The position numbers were made by a program, and so were the translations under genes. From Spirochaetia bacterium (GTDB taxonomy: Bacteria; Spirochaetota; Spirochaetia; SZUA-6; Bin103), in contig CBDBDQ010000005.1 of assembly GCA_965203905.1 (NCBI GenBank), positions 6,400,001 through 6,464,000 of the forward strand: DNA of 64,000 nucleotides, given 5' to 3'. Below are positions 1 to 8,091 of this stretch, one piece after another (positions within the stretch are counted from its first letter, which is position 1; each line of letters opens with the position of its first letter). The notes beneath the pieces were generated by a model. The model worked only from the letters and a program-made list of their open reading frames with translations. It had not been told where the DNA came from and searched no databases.

Positions 1-1260
1 CACGACTCTCGGATCGGAGTGGACGCCCTCGATCCCGAAGATGATGCGCTTCTGGGTCAGATCCTGGGCCAGGTAGTCCAGCCACTGGATCGCCCGGTCG
101 GGGCGCTCGGCCTGGTTGGTGATCATCGTCACGCGGCCGCCGGTGCCGCCGCGCAGGTCATCGATCTCGTACTTCATGTGCGGCTCGATGGTGAATGCCG
201 GCAGCATGACGTAGCGCAGGCTCTCCACGCCGATCTTCTCGGCCAGCGGCGCCCGCGCCTCGATGAAGGTCGGGTTCTTGTGGATCCCGGCCGCGTTGTC
301 GGCGTCCTGGTTCAGCTCCGAGAAAATCTTGGTGAGCATGTTGCCCCAGAGCTGAGGCTGCTTCTCCGTGAACTCCGTGCGCGCGATGAGCTGCTCGTTG
401 TACAGGGTGTTGGCGAACTGCAGCACCTTCACGAAGTCTTCGTGCTCCCAGTACTTGTACCACACGCCATCGTCCCCCTTGAAGAAACGCTGGTTGAGGC
501 CGCCCAACGGCAGCGAGCGTTCCACCAGGCGGGGATTGCCGTCCTTGTCCGGCGACGGGCCGCGCAGCGACTGCACCGGCGTCAGCTCGGGGAACTCCTG
601 CTTCACCCGCCGCAACAGGTCGATGTAGTCGTCGGTGTTGTTGATCTCCGGCGCGCCGAGGTGCTCATACACTTCCTTGAGCACGGTCACGCCCTGCATC
701 GCCTTGAGCAGGAACGGGCTCTGGAGCTGCTTGTCGGTCACGTAGTAGGCGGGATGGCCGTAGAAGCCCATGGTGTCGAAGTGCATCCGGTAGTACAGGC
801 GGATGCGGCTGTCCCAGTGGTCCATGTACTTGGGCGCGAACTTCTGGCTCAGCGCCTCCAGGTCGTGCACCAGGCCGCGCTGGACGAGCTGGGTGGCCTG
901 CTGCAGGTTGTGGCTCAGCCACATCATGTCGGGCAGATCGCCGGAGGCGATCAGCACGTTGAGCATCGTCTGGTCGCTGTCGGGCGAGAAGGTCATGTCG
1001 AAGTCGACGCCCGTGTCCTCCACGAACACCTGGGTGATCTCGTCGTCGCCGTAGTGCTCGTTGAGATTGCTGTCGCTGCCCGCCATGCCGTCGAAGAAGA
1101 AGGTCAGCGTGATCGGGCTGGTGTCGGTGGTCCAGCTCGGATCGGCGATGACCATGTCCTCGGCGGCGGCGCCCTCTTCGGTGCCGGAGGCCCAGCCGGT
1201 CACGCTCAGCGCAAGCAGCAGGGCCAGTACGATGCCGGCGATGCCGGTCAGCTTTCTCAT
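1..1260 (-). CDS. Carbohydrate ABC transporter solute-binding protein (LplA-like), runs off the window start
   Basis: Not in the ORF track; translated by hand from ATG at 1260 (RBS AGAGGGGG): MRKLTGIAGIVLALLLALSVTGWASG..., a signal peptide, then 'LNVLIASGDLPD' and 'PDRAIQWLDYL', typical of family-1 sugar SBPs. The + strand ORF 19..1278 is its shadow. Confidence 0.85.
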   Translation of the reverse strand, partial: MRKLTGIAGIVLALLLALSVTGWASGTEEGAAAEDMVIADPSWTTDTSPITLTFFFDGMAGSDSNLNEHYGDDEITQVFVEDTGVDFDMTFSPDSDQTMLNVLIASGDLPDMMWLSHNLQQATQLVQRGLVHDLEALSQKFAPKYMDHWDSRIRLYYRMHFDTMGFYGHPAYYVTDKQLQSPFLLKAMQGVTVLKEVYEHLGAPEINNTDDYIDLLRRVKQEFPELTPVQSLRGPSPDKDGNPRLVERSLPLGGLNQRFFKGDDGVWYKYWEHEDFVKVLQFANTLYNEQLIARTEFTEKQPQLWGNMLTKIFSELNQDADNAAGIHKNPTFIEARAPLAEKIGVESLRYVMLPAFTIEPHMKYEIDDLRGGTGGRVTMITNQAERPDRAIQWLDYLAQDLTQKRIIFGIEGVHSDPRVV

Positions 1261-1408
1261 AGAATTCCCCCTCTATGAATGTGATAGTGCAGCCGGATCA
1301 TTGGCGATCCACGTTCCACGTGTCAAGAATGTCGGCCTGGTCGTTGACCTGGGGCGACGTGCGGGACACCCTGAGAGCGGTCGAGCGTTGCGGGAGAAAG
1401 GCAGTCAG

Positions 1409-1786
1409 ATGGGATTGAGGGATGAAATCAAGCGGCAGGTGAAGGTGTGCCTCGACGAGCTGCGGTGCCACGCGCTGCGCGAGGAAAGCCTGCGGCGCAT
1501 CGCGGAGCTGGCAGACGGGCTCGCGGGCGGCCGGCAGGACCTGCTCTACCTGCAGGCCGAGCAGACCTCGGTCACGAGCAGGGTGATCGGCATGAGCATG
1601 TTCGTCGGCGGCGAGTTCTCGGACGGCCCCGACGACCCGGACGACTGGCCGTATCAGACGGTCGCCGAGGCCATGGCCGACGGCTGGCGGATCGTCAAGT
1701 TCCCGGAGCTGGCGATCCTGCTCGACGACCGGCGTACCTACGGACTCGGCTGCGAGTTCATCCTGGAGCAGTGGAGGGGGACATGA
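1409..1786 (+). CDS. Hypothetical protein (125 aa), translationally coupled to the PhyH gene
   Basis: MGLRDEIKRQ...WPYQTVAEAMADGWRIVKFPE...CEFILEQW; high GC3 codon pattern; ATGA overlap with the next gene. Confidence 0.7.
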   Translation: MGLRDEIKRQVKVCLDELRCHALREESLRRIAELADGLAGGRQDLLYLQAEQTSVTSRVIGMSMFVGGEFSDGPDDPDDWPYQTVAEAMADGWRIVKFPELAILLDDRRTYGLGCEFILEQWRGT

Positions 1787-2634
1787 TGCTGCATGACTGC
1801 GATCCGACCATGACCGACACCCAGGTCCTGGAGTTCTGCAAGAAGGGTTTCCTGATGCTGGAAGGAGTCGTCGCCGACGACATCAACCGGCGCACCGTCG
1901 AGTTCGTGGAGACGAGAAGCAGGGAGCCGAGCGAGATCCTGGAGCAGGACTGGTTCATGGACCACGTAATCCTGCAGCCCGACGCGGCCGGAGCCGTGCG
2001 CTCGCTGCTCGGACGCGACTTCGGCCTGCCGGTCCTGGTGAGCAATCACCGGGTCACCTGCCCCTCGCCGCGGCAGTATTGGCACCGGGACGGCAACTCC
2101 CCTCACGGACCGGCGCTGAGGTACCTGCAGGTGTTCTACTACCCGGAGGATGTCCCGCGTGAGATGGGCCCGACGGAGGTGCTGCCCGGATCCCACTTTC
2201 TCTACACCAACGGACAGTCCCCACAGAATTACATGGGCCACTACGGCGCGATCCGCGGGTCGCACTACACCACCGCGCCGGCGGGGACGATCTTCCTGAC
2301 GGTCTACTCGATCTGGCATCGCCGCAGCGAGTCGACCGCCTCCGGGGTCCGCAACAACCTGAAGTACAACTACTTCCGCACGGCGCCGCCGGAGCGGGAC
2401 TGGATCCGCGAACGGGACTTCGACTTCGCCACCGCGGACTACGGCTTCGGCGAGCCCCTCACCTACCGCCAGCAGCACCGCGACACCGTCGACAACGCGG
2501 AGATGTTCTGCTGGCTGTGCGGCAAGACGGAGCAGTTCCGCACGCTGGGCGGCCAGGGGTGGCCGGTGCCCAACTCGGACGGCCACGCGCTCATCGCGCC
2601 GCCCTACGGCGTGCCCGAAGGGCTGGACCGGTAG
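1783..2634 (+). CDS. Phytanoyl-CoA dioxygenase (PhyH) family Fe(II)/2OG oxygenase
   Basis: WHRDG (HxD), 'MGPTEVLPGSH', distal His in IWHRR; RBS GGAGG. Confidence 0.85.
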   Translation: MMLHDCDPTMTDTQVLEFCKKGFLMLEGVVADDINRRTVEFVETRSREPSEILEQDWFMDHVILQPDAAGAVRSLLGRDFGLPVLVSNHRVTCPSPRQYWHRDGNSPHGPALRYLQVFYYPEDVPREMGPTEVLPGSHFLYTNGQSPQNYMGHYGAIRGSHYTTAPAGTIFLTVYSIWHRRSESTASGVRNNLKYNYFRTAPPERDWIRERDFDFATADYGFGEPLTYRQQHRDTVDNAEMFCWLCGKTEQFRTLGGQGWPVPNSDGHALIAPPYGVPEGLDR

Positions 2635-2726
2635 CGCCCTGGCAACCGCTCTGTGACAGTCAACCGGATCCTATCCGGGGAGCGGTCGCCGCGGATCACC
2701 GAGACATGCCTCATCGCGAGCCCATC

Positions 2727-2900
2727 TCACGCCGACCGGGAGGTCAATCTCGCGAAGAGCTCACGCTGTCCCCCTACGGATGCATAACTTGCGCACCGCG
2801 GGATTACCGGTCGTGGACACGCTCCCGCGTGCGCAAATTCATGTCGCCAGAACCTGTTTAATCGTTCTTGTGGCTCCTCGGCCTTCACGATTTGTTTCAT
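2727..2900 (-). pseudogene. Truncated PtuB/TIGR02646-like HNH endonuclease remnant (57 codons)
   Basis: ATG overlaps the ATPase stop (ATGA); starts MKQIVKAEEPQE like PtuB-type HNH N-termini, then diverges with no CxYC or HNH motif. Confidence 0.5.
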
Positions 2901-4144
2901 GTGCCGAGGACCTCTTTGCGGCGGATCAGGATATCTGCCTTCACCAAGTCCGGGTCGCGTCCGATCGTTCGCCCCATATCATTTAGCAGGAGCTTGGCAT
3001 CCTCCAACCTCCCACGTTCAATAGCATCGAATAACTTGATGAGTTGATTCTTGGTTTCTTGGGGCCGTTCCGGGACGCCCATGATGTCCTCAAGTATCCG
3101 GCTAGCGGTCTGCCCATATGAGTCCTCGGGCCTCTTGGCGGTAACCTGAGTTCCGACTCGCTCTAGAAGCCAAATGCACGTCCGATCCAGGTGACCGAGT
3201 ACCTGCGGGGAGTGGGTTGACAACAGAAACTGACAGTTGGGAAATGCTTCCCTTAGTGCCGTAACGATGTGGCGCTGCCATCCTGGGTGCAGGTGGAGAT
3301 CTATTTCATCAATTAAGACGACAGCTTCGCCGTTCAGGGGATCCTCAGCATTTGGATTGGCGATGGCCATACGTCGGGCGAGATCGCCCGCCATTGCGAG
3401 TGTGCACTTCTCGCCATCGGAGAGTTGGCTGACGATGAGTTCCCTCCCGTCCTTTTCTACTACCATGCGTAGTGGCGACCGTCTGACCTTCAATCCCTTG
3501 AACCCGGGAAGGAACTTCTCGGCTGCTTTTCGTACCGCTCGAAGATGCGGATCTCGGTATCTTGGTCTGTCCAGGCGTCGTTCGTTCTCAAGATCTTCTC
3601 GTTCCCTAAACCATTCGAAGAATATTCGAAAACTGCTCCACTTTCCCGACAGTGCTTGATCATATGCCGCAAGTCGGTCAAACTGATGTCTCGTCCTGAT
3701 GCGCAGAGGTATATCTAAGACGGCACGGTTCACAGGGTAATACACAGCAATCGGAAGGCTAACAGACTCATCTACTTCCAGTCTTGTGCGGAACACATCT
3801 ATGTGTTTCTTCAGGTCACCGAGCCCTGTGATTGTCTGTCCTCTGCTTCCGCGTCGGGCCTTGGTAACGCTCCATTGGACGACTTCCCCTTGGAAAAAGA
3901 TCTCTATTTCATTCCTTGTCTCCGATTTGCCATTTGTGATATCGGCATCGACAAAGAACCGTCCGGTCCCGGCCGACGACCGTATCCTACCGATTAGACG
4001 AGAAAGCATGATAGCTGCGCAATCGAGTATCGCAGACTTTCCGGCGCCATTGACTCCGACTAGTACATTCACGCCGTCGTCAAACTCCAGCTCAAGGCCG
4101 GGGATGCCTCTGAAATGCTCAACTCTCAGGTGTTTCAGCTTCAA
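2897..4144 (-). CDS. ABC/AAA_21-type ATPase, PtuA-like (Septu or retron effector type)
   Basis: Walker A GVNGAGKS, signature LSDGEK, Walker B VLIDEIDLHLHP, STHSP; C-terminal 'ILEDIMGVPERP...DPDLVKADILIRR'; GC well below the flanks. Confidence 0.8.
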   Translation of the reverse strand: MKLKHLRVEHFRGIPGLELEFDDGVNVLVGVNGAGKSAILDCAAIMLSRLIGRIRSSAGTGRFFVDADITNGKSETRNEIEIFFQGEVVQWSVTKARRGSRGQTITGLGDLKKHIDVFRTRLEVDESVSLPIAVYYPVNRAVLDIPLRIRTRHQFDRLAAYDQALSGKWSSFRIFFEWFREREDLENERRLDRPRYRDPHLRAVRKAAEKFLPGFKGLKVRRSPLRMVVEKDGRELIVSQLSDGEKCTLAMAGDLARRMAIANPNAEDPLNGEAVVLIDEIDLHLHPGWQRHIVTALREAFPNCQFLLSTHSPQVLGHLDRTCIWLLERVGTQVTAKRPEDSYGQTASRILEDIMGVPERPQETKNQLIKLFDAIERGRLEDAKLLLNDMGRTIGRDPDLVKADILIRRKEVLGT

Positions 4145-4298
4145 TTTGGCTCAGCTCCCGTGGTCCACATCGTCACAGAATCGCATCGTTGGAAGCGCCG
4201 AGACTCCTGTGTGAGCGAGGACTCGATTCCACGGAGACGTGCTGCATGGTCAGCGGACGTAGGATACTATCAGGTATCGACCTTGCTCTATGGGTGTG

Positions 4299-4328
4299 AT
4301 TGTTTCACCGGAATTAGGCTTCTGTCAA
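4299..4328 (-). promoter_or_regulatory. Putative sigma70 promoter of the PtuA-like gene
   Basis: TTGACA-18 nt-AACAAT with TG just upstream of the -10. Confidence 0.45.
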
Positions 4329-4505
4329 GTTCTTGGGCCAGCCCATTGCCGTGTGAATGTACTATGTTGGGTGCGGCGGGAGGTAGCCTTGCACAGGCCA
4401 TTTGTGCACGGCGTGAGGCTCCCAGTACAGTACACTATCAGCGGTACAACGGTGGCGACCCCTTGACGCGCGGGGATGGTCGCGCTTAGTTGTCGCCACG
4501 TGCCA

Positions 4506-5218
4506 TGCGGGTAACCATACTGGCCGCCATACAGGAAGAGGTGGACGCCTTCCGCAGCGCCTACGAGCTGCTGCCGGCCGCCGGTCCGGCGCCGTTCGCC
4601 GGCCACCGCTTTCGGCATGGCGCCATCGAGGTCCTGCTGCTGCGTGCCGGCGTGGGCAAAGCGTCTGCCGCCATGGTGGCGCAGTACGCCGTCGACCGAG
4701 AGCGTCCCGACTGCCTGCTGGTCACCGGCATCGCGGGCAGCATCCGGCCCGGGCTGGCGCTGGGCGACGTGGTGGTGAGCCGCGACTGCGTGCAGCACGA
4801 CCTGGACGCCACCGCCCTGGGAATCCCCCTGGGACAGGTTCCGTTCACCGACCACCGCTTCCTGGCGGCCGATCCAAGGCTGGTGGCGCTGGCCCTGGCC
4901 ACGCCGGTGGCAGGGCAGCGGGTGGTGGCGGGACGGATCCTCACCGGGGACCAGTTCATCACCGCCGCCGACGCGGCGCAGCAGCGTCGGCTGCGCTCGC
5001 TGGAAGGCGACGTCGTGGAGATGGAGGGCGCCGCGATCGCCCTGGTGGCGACGGTAAACCGGGTCCCGTTCGTGATCATCCGCTCGGTGTCCGACCGCGC
5101 CGACGCCGCCGCTCCGGCCGACTTCGGCGCCTGGCTGCGCCGGGCGGCAGCCAACTCCTACACGGTATGCGCCGGCATCCTCGCGGGGTTGGCAGCCCGG
5201 CCTCGCCCCAGAAACTGA
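4506..5218 (+). CDS. mtnN: 5'-methylthioadenosine/S-adenosylhomocysteine nucleosidase
   Basis: GVGKASAA, TGIAG, QHDLD, ILTGDQFI, VEMEGAAIA, IIRSVSDRAD. Confidence 0.9.
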
Positions 5219-6207
5219 TCGCGGCCGGCGACCAGCGCCCGCAGCTTGCCGTCGGCCACCGGCCGCGGCAGCATGCGCAGGCCGCAGTCGGGGTGCAGGT
5301 AGCCGATCCGCTCCCCTCCCACGGTCCGTGCCAGCGCCTCGATGCGGCGCGCCACCTGGTCGGCTGTCTCGATCTGCAGGTCCTTGACGTCGATCACCCC
5401 GAGGCCCAGCCGGAGGTCGTCGCGCAACTCGCGCAGCCGGGTCAGTTCCGCCGCCGGCCGGCGCGTGGTCTCCAGCACCAGGTGCTGGCACTGCAGGGCG
5501 TTCATGAAGCCGAGCAGGCGGCCGTAGTCGCCGCGCTGGATCATCTGACCGCCGTAGTTGCCGAAGCACAGGTGCACCGCCCGCTCCACGCCGCGCTCGG
5601 CACCCGCCAGCACCCGGTTCACGGCGGCAGCGGCCAGCGCCGCGTCCTGCGGCGAGCCGGGCAGGTTCGGCTCGTCCACCTGCACCACCGCGGCGTCGAT
5701 GCCGGCGAGCTGTCCGGCGAGCAGCTCGGCGAACGCCAGCGCCAGGCTCTCCAGGTCGCCGTAGTGCGCGTCGGCCACGGTCTTGGCGATCAGGTAGGGG
5801 CTGCTGACGGTGAACTTGAGCGGCACGCCGGTGCGGCCCCGGGCCAGTTCCCAATCGCGCCGCAGGTCGAGCCGGCCGTCGCCCAGCGGTGCGACCACCA
5901 CGCCGGGCGGCGCGCTGCGATAGGTCAACTCGCCGCGCGCACGCCAAGCGGCGAGTTGACCGCGGGTCAGCTCCGCGCGTACCCCCTCCAACGGGCGCAC
6001 GAAGCGCTCCACCATGCCCCCCGGGGCACGCCGCTGCAGGTCCCAGCGGCCCAGCTCGCCGTCGGAGATCAGCTCGATGCCGGCTCGCCGCTGGGCCTCC
6101 ATCACCACCGTGAGGGCATCCTGCAGCGCCTCCTCGTCGGAGCAGCGCCGCAGCCACTCGGGGATGGGGTAGCTGCCGACGACGGTGGTCTTCACCGCGT
6201 GAGGCAC
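5158..6207 (-). CDS. Cobalamin-independent methionine synthase II family protein (single-barrel MetE-like)
   Basis: TTVVGSYP, ISDGE, QVDEP, Zn ligands HLC..E..PDCG; overlaps mtnN convergently by 61 bp. Confidence 0.85.
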   Translation of the reverse strand: MPHAVKTTVVGSYPIPEWLRRCSDEEALQDALTVVMEAQRRAGIELISDGELGRWDLQRRAPGGMVERFVRPLEGVRAELTRGQLAAWRARGELTYRSAPPGVVVAPLGDGRLDLRRDWELARGRTGVPLKFTVSSPYLIAKTVADAHYGDLESLALAFAELLAGQLAGIDAAVVQVDEPNLPGSPQDAALAAAAVNRVLAGAERGVERAVHLCFGNYGGQMIQRGDYGRLLGFMNALQCQHLVLETTRRPAAELTRLRELRDDLRLGLGVIDVKDLQIETADQVARRIEALARTVGGERIGYLHPDCGLRMLPRPVADGKLRALVAGRDQFLGRGRAANPARMPAHTV

Positions 6208-6253
6208 CCCGGCGCGACGGCCCCGGCCGCCGCCACGGTCGCCGTCCGAGCGC

Positions 6254-7180
6254 CTACTCCCGCACGCCGCACTGCGCCGCCTCCCAGGCGCGGGCGCGGG
6301 CCGCGGTCACGGCGCCGTCGTAGGCAACCACGCGCAGCGCAGCCTCCCAGGTCTCCCCCTCCGCGACCACCACCTCGTCGTGCATGGTCGCGTTGAACAT
6401 CGCCATACCGTAGTCACGGACGAACCACGGACCGGTGCGGCAGTGGCCGGCGCTGTTGCTCAGGACCTGCAGGCACACGCCGAACCGGCCCAGGCCCGCC
6501 GGCTGCGCCTCGTACGCCACGAAATCGCGCTCCTTGCCGAACGCCACCTCGTCGGCACCGCCGCGCCAGATCTCGTCCCCCCTTCCGGCGACGACCTCGC
6601 CACCGAACGGCGGCAGGAGTTGCGGCTGCACGCGCACGCCCAGGGAGCCGTGCTTGTTGGCCTCGAAGCGCAGCGTGCCGTAGGCCGCGGTCTTGCGCGA
6701 GGTCACGTCGCAGATGGTGGCGTCCGGCGCTGCATGGAGGTCGAAGTGGCGCACCTCGTCCAGCACCGGGCGGTCGTCGCAGCCGTGCCAGGTGGTGCGG
6801 TAGGTGAAACGGTAGCCGCGGGGCAGCGGCGCAATGGCGGCCCGCTCCCGATAGCGAAGCTGCCCCAGGTGGTTGTAGACGTGCGCATCCGGGGAACGCC
6901 AGTCGGGATGCACCACCCAGTAGTTGGACAGCACCCCGCCGCACACGACCCGCGCCTGGGCCACGAACACCCCGGTGTGGAAGGAATGGTCGAACGGGTA
7001 CTCCTGGGCCACGCCCAGGCCGCGCGGTGTGTTCAGCGGATAGCACCACGCACGCAGGTCATTGTGGCCCACCCCGCCGAGCAGCCGACCGCTGGCCGTC
7101 TCCAGCACCATGTTGCCGAGCGCGTCGCCGTCGCCCGCGCGCCTGATCTCGTAGCCGTTTCCCTGCCCCATCGGCGCCAT
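6254..7180 (-). CDS. DUF6807 (PmoA-like annotated) family protein
   Basis: 'YPLNTPRG...PFDHSFHTGVF', 'GSLGVRV', 'WFVRDYG' pattern; start uncertain (7180 or 7171). Confidence 0.6.
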   Translation of the reverse strand: MAPMGQGNGYEIRRAGDGDALGNMVLETASGRLLGGVGHNDLRAWCYPLNTPRGLGVAQEYPFDHSFHTGVFVAQARVVCGGVLSNYWVVHPDWRSPDAHVYNHLGQLRYRERAAIAPLPRGYRFTYRTTWHGCDDRPVLDEVRHFDLHAAPDATICDVTSRKTAAYGTLRFEANKHGSLGVRVQPQLLPPFGGEVVAGRGDEIWRGGADEVAFGKERDFVAYEAQPAGLGRFGVCLQVLSNSAGHCRTGPWFVRDYGMAMFNATMHDEVVVAEGETWEAALRVVAYDGAVTAARARAWEAAQCGVRE

Positions 7181-7232
7181 GGTGCCCGAGGCCGCCGGCT
7201 GCGTCCACCGCGCCTGACCGGTGGGACGTGAT

Positions 7233-7670
7233 CTACGGCCCGGTGAGCTCCTCCGCGCCGGAGCCGGAATCGACGCTTGTCGGCCCGGCACCGACTTGAA
7301 ATCCAAGCGCCGACGCCACTCCATGTTGCCGACAGTCGAGGGTTACGAAGCCGATCTCCGCCGGTTTCGGAGCGACGTAGAGCGCAGTAGCGACATGCCA
7401 CAGATCCGCGCCACGCAGGTAGCCTGCCTCCAGCGCTCGCGCCAACTCGCCGGCGAGCGGCCGATCCGGCAGGATCCAATCGATCCTGGCGAGCACGTCC
7501 ACCTCGAACTCCTGCTGCTCGCGGGCGAACGCCGCGCGTAGTTCTGCCTCCAAGAGATTCGATGACAACAGCCGCGAAAAGCCGTCCAGGCGTTCGCCGG
7601 TCTCCTCGCCACAAGGCTCGTCGAACGCGATGGCGACGAGCGCTGACGTATCGACGTATGCGATGCTCAC
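7233..7670 (-). CDS. vapC: PIN-domain VapC toxin
   Basis: AYVDTSAL, LLEAE, LRGADLWHVATAL, FVTLD; GTGA overlap with the antitoxin. Confidence 0.85.
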   Translation of the reverse strand: MSIAYVDTSALVAIAFDEPCGEETGERLDGFSRLLSSNLLEAELRAAFAREQQEFEVDVLARIDWILPDRPLAGELARALEAGYLRGADLWHVATALYVAPKPAEIGFVTLDCRQHGVASALGFQVGAGPTSVDSGSGAEELTGP

Positions 7671-7942
7671 GTGTCACGCTCGGCAAGAAACCGATCCAGC
7701 GCACCTACTTTGCGCGCCGCGGCCGTGAGCGGTTTGCGCGGTTTGCGTGAGCGCACCAGGATGCCTCGCCGCTCCAACTCCTCGAGCCGCTCGGTGATGG
7801 TCTGAGGCTGCTGCTCGATGGGACGAATCTCTGCTACCGGCTCGCCACGATGAGAAACGGTGACCGGCGTGCCCGAGCGCACCAGCCGCAGCACTTCGGA
7901 GAAGCGCGCCTTGGCCTCGTATGTCGAGTAGATGATGCTCAC
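7667..7942 (-). CDS. Phd/YefM family antitoxin
   Basis: YSTYEAKARFSEVLRLVRSG...VTVSHRGEPVAEIRP; GTG at 7942 preferred because TTG at 7951 overlaps the -10. Confidence 0.85.
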   Translation of the reverse strand: MSIIYSTYEAKARFSEVLRLVRSGTPVTVSHRGEPVAEIRPIEQQPQTITERLEELERRGILVRSRKPRKPLTAAARKVGALDRFLAERDT

Positions 7943-7950
7943 CGTTTTCA

Positions 7951-7979
7951 ATTTTAACTAGTCAGACTATCCATGACAA
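7951..7979 (-). promoter_or_regulatory. TA operon promoter with a palindromic operator
   Basis: TTGTCA-17 nt-TAAAAT; inverted repeat TAGTC-n-GACTA (7959-7969) within the spacer. Confidence 0.7.
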
Positions 7980-8091
7980 TTCCGCGAACTCCACGCCCCT
8001 CTACCCCTTGACGCGCGGCATGCCTGCCTCTGCATGCTTGGGTAGCGGGATGCTCGCGGAGCTGCCGTGTCACGACACAAAGGAGACCACC

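Noticed and set aside
2727-4460. A complete retron
   Set aside because: No reverse transcriptase ORF and no convincing a1/a2 inverted repeats or msr-msd structure; only the effector-like ATPase is present.
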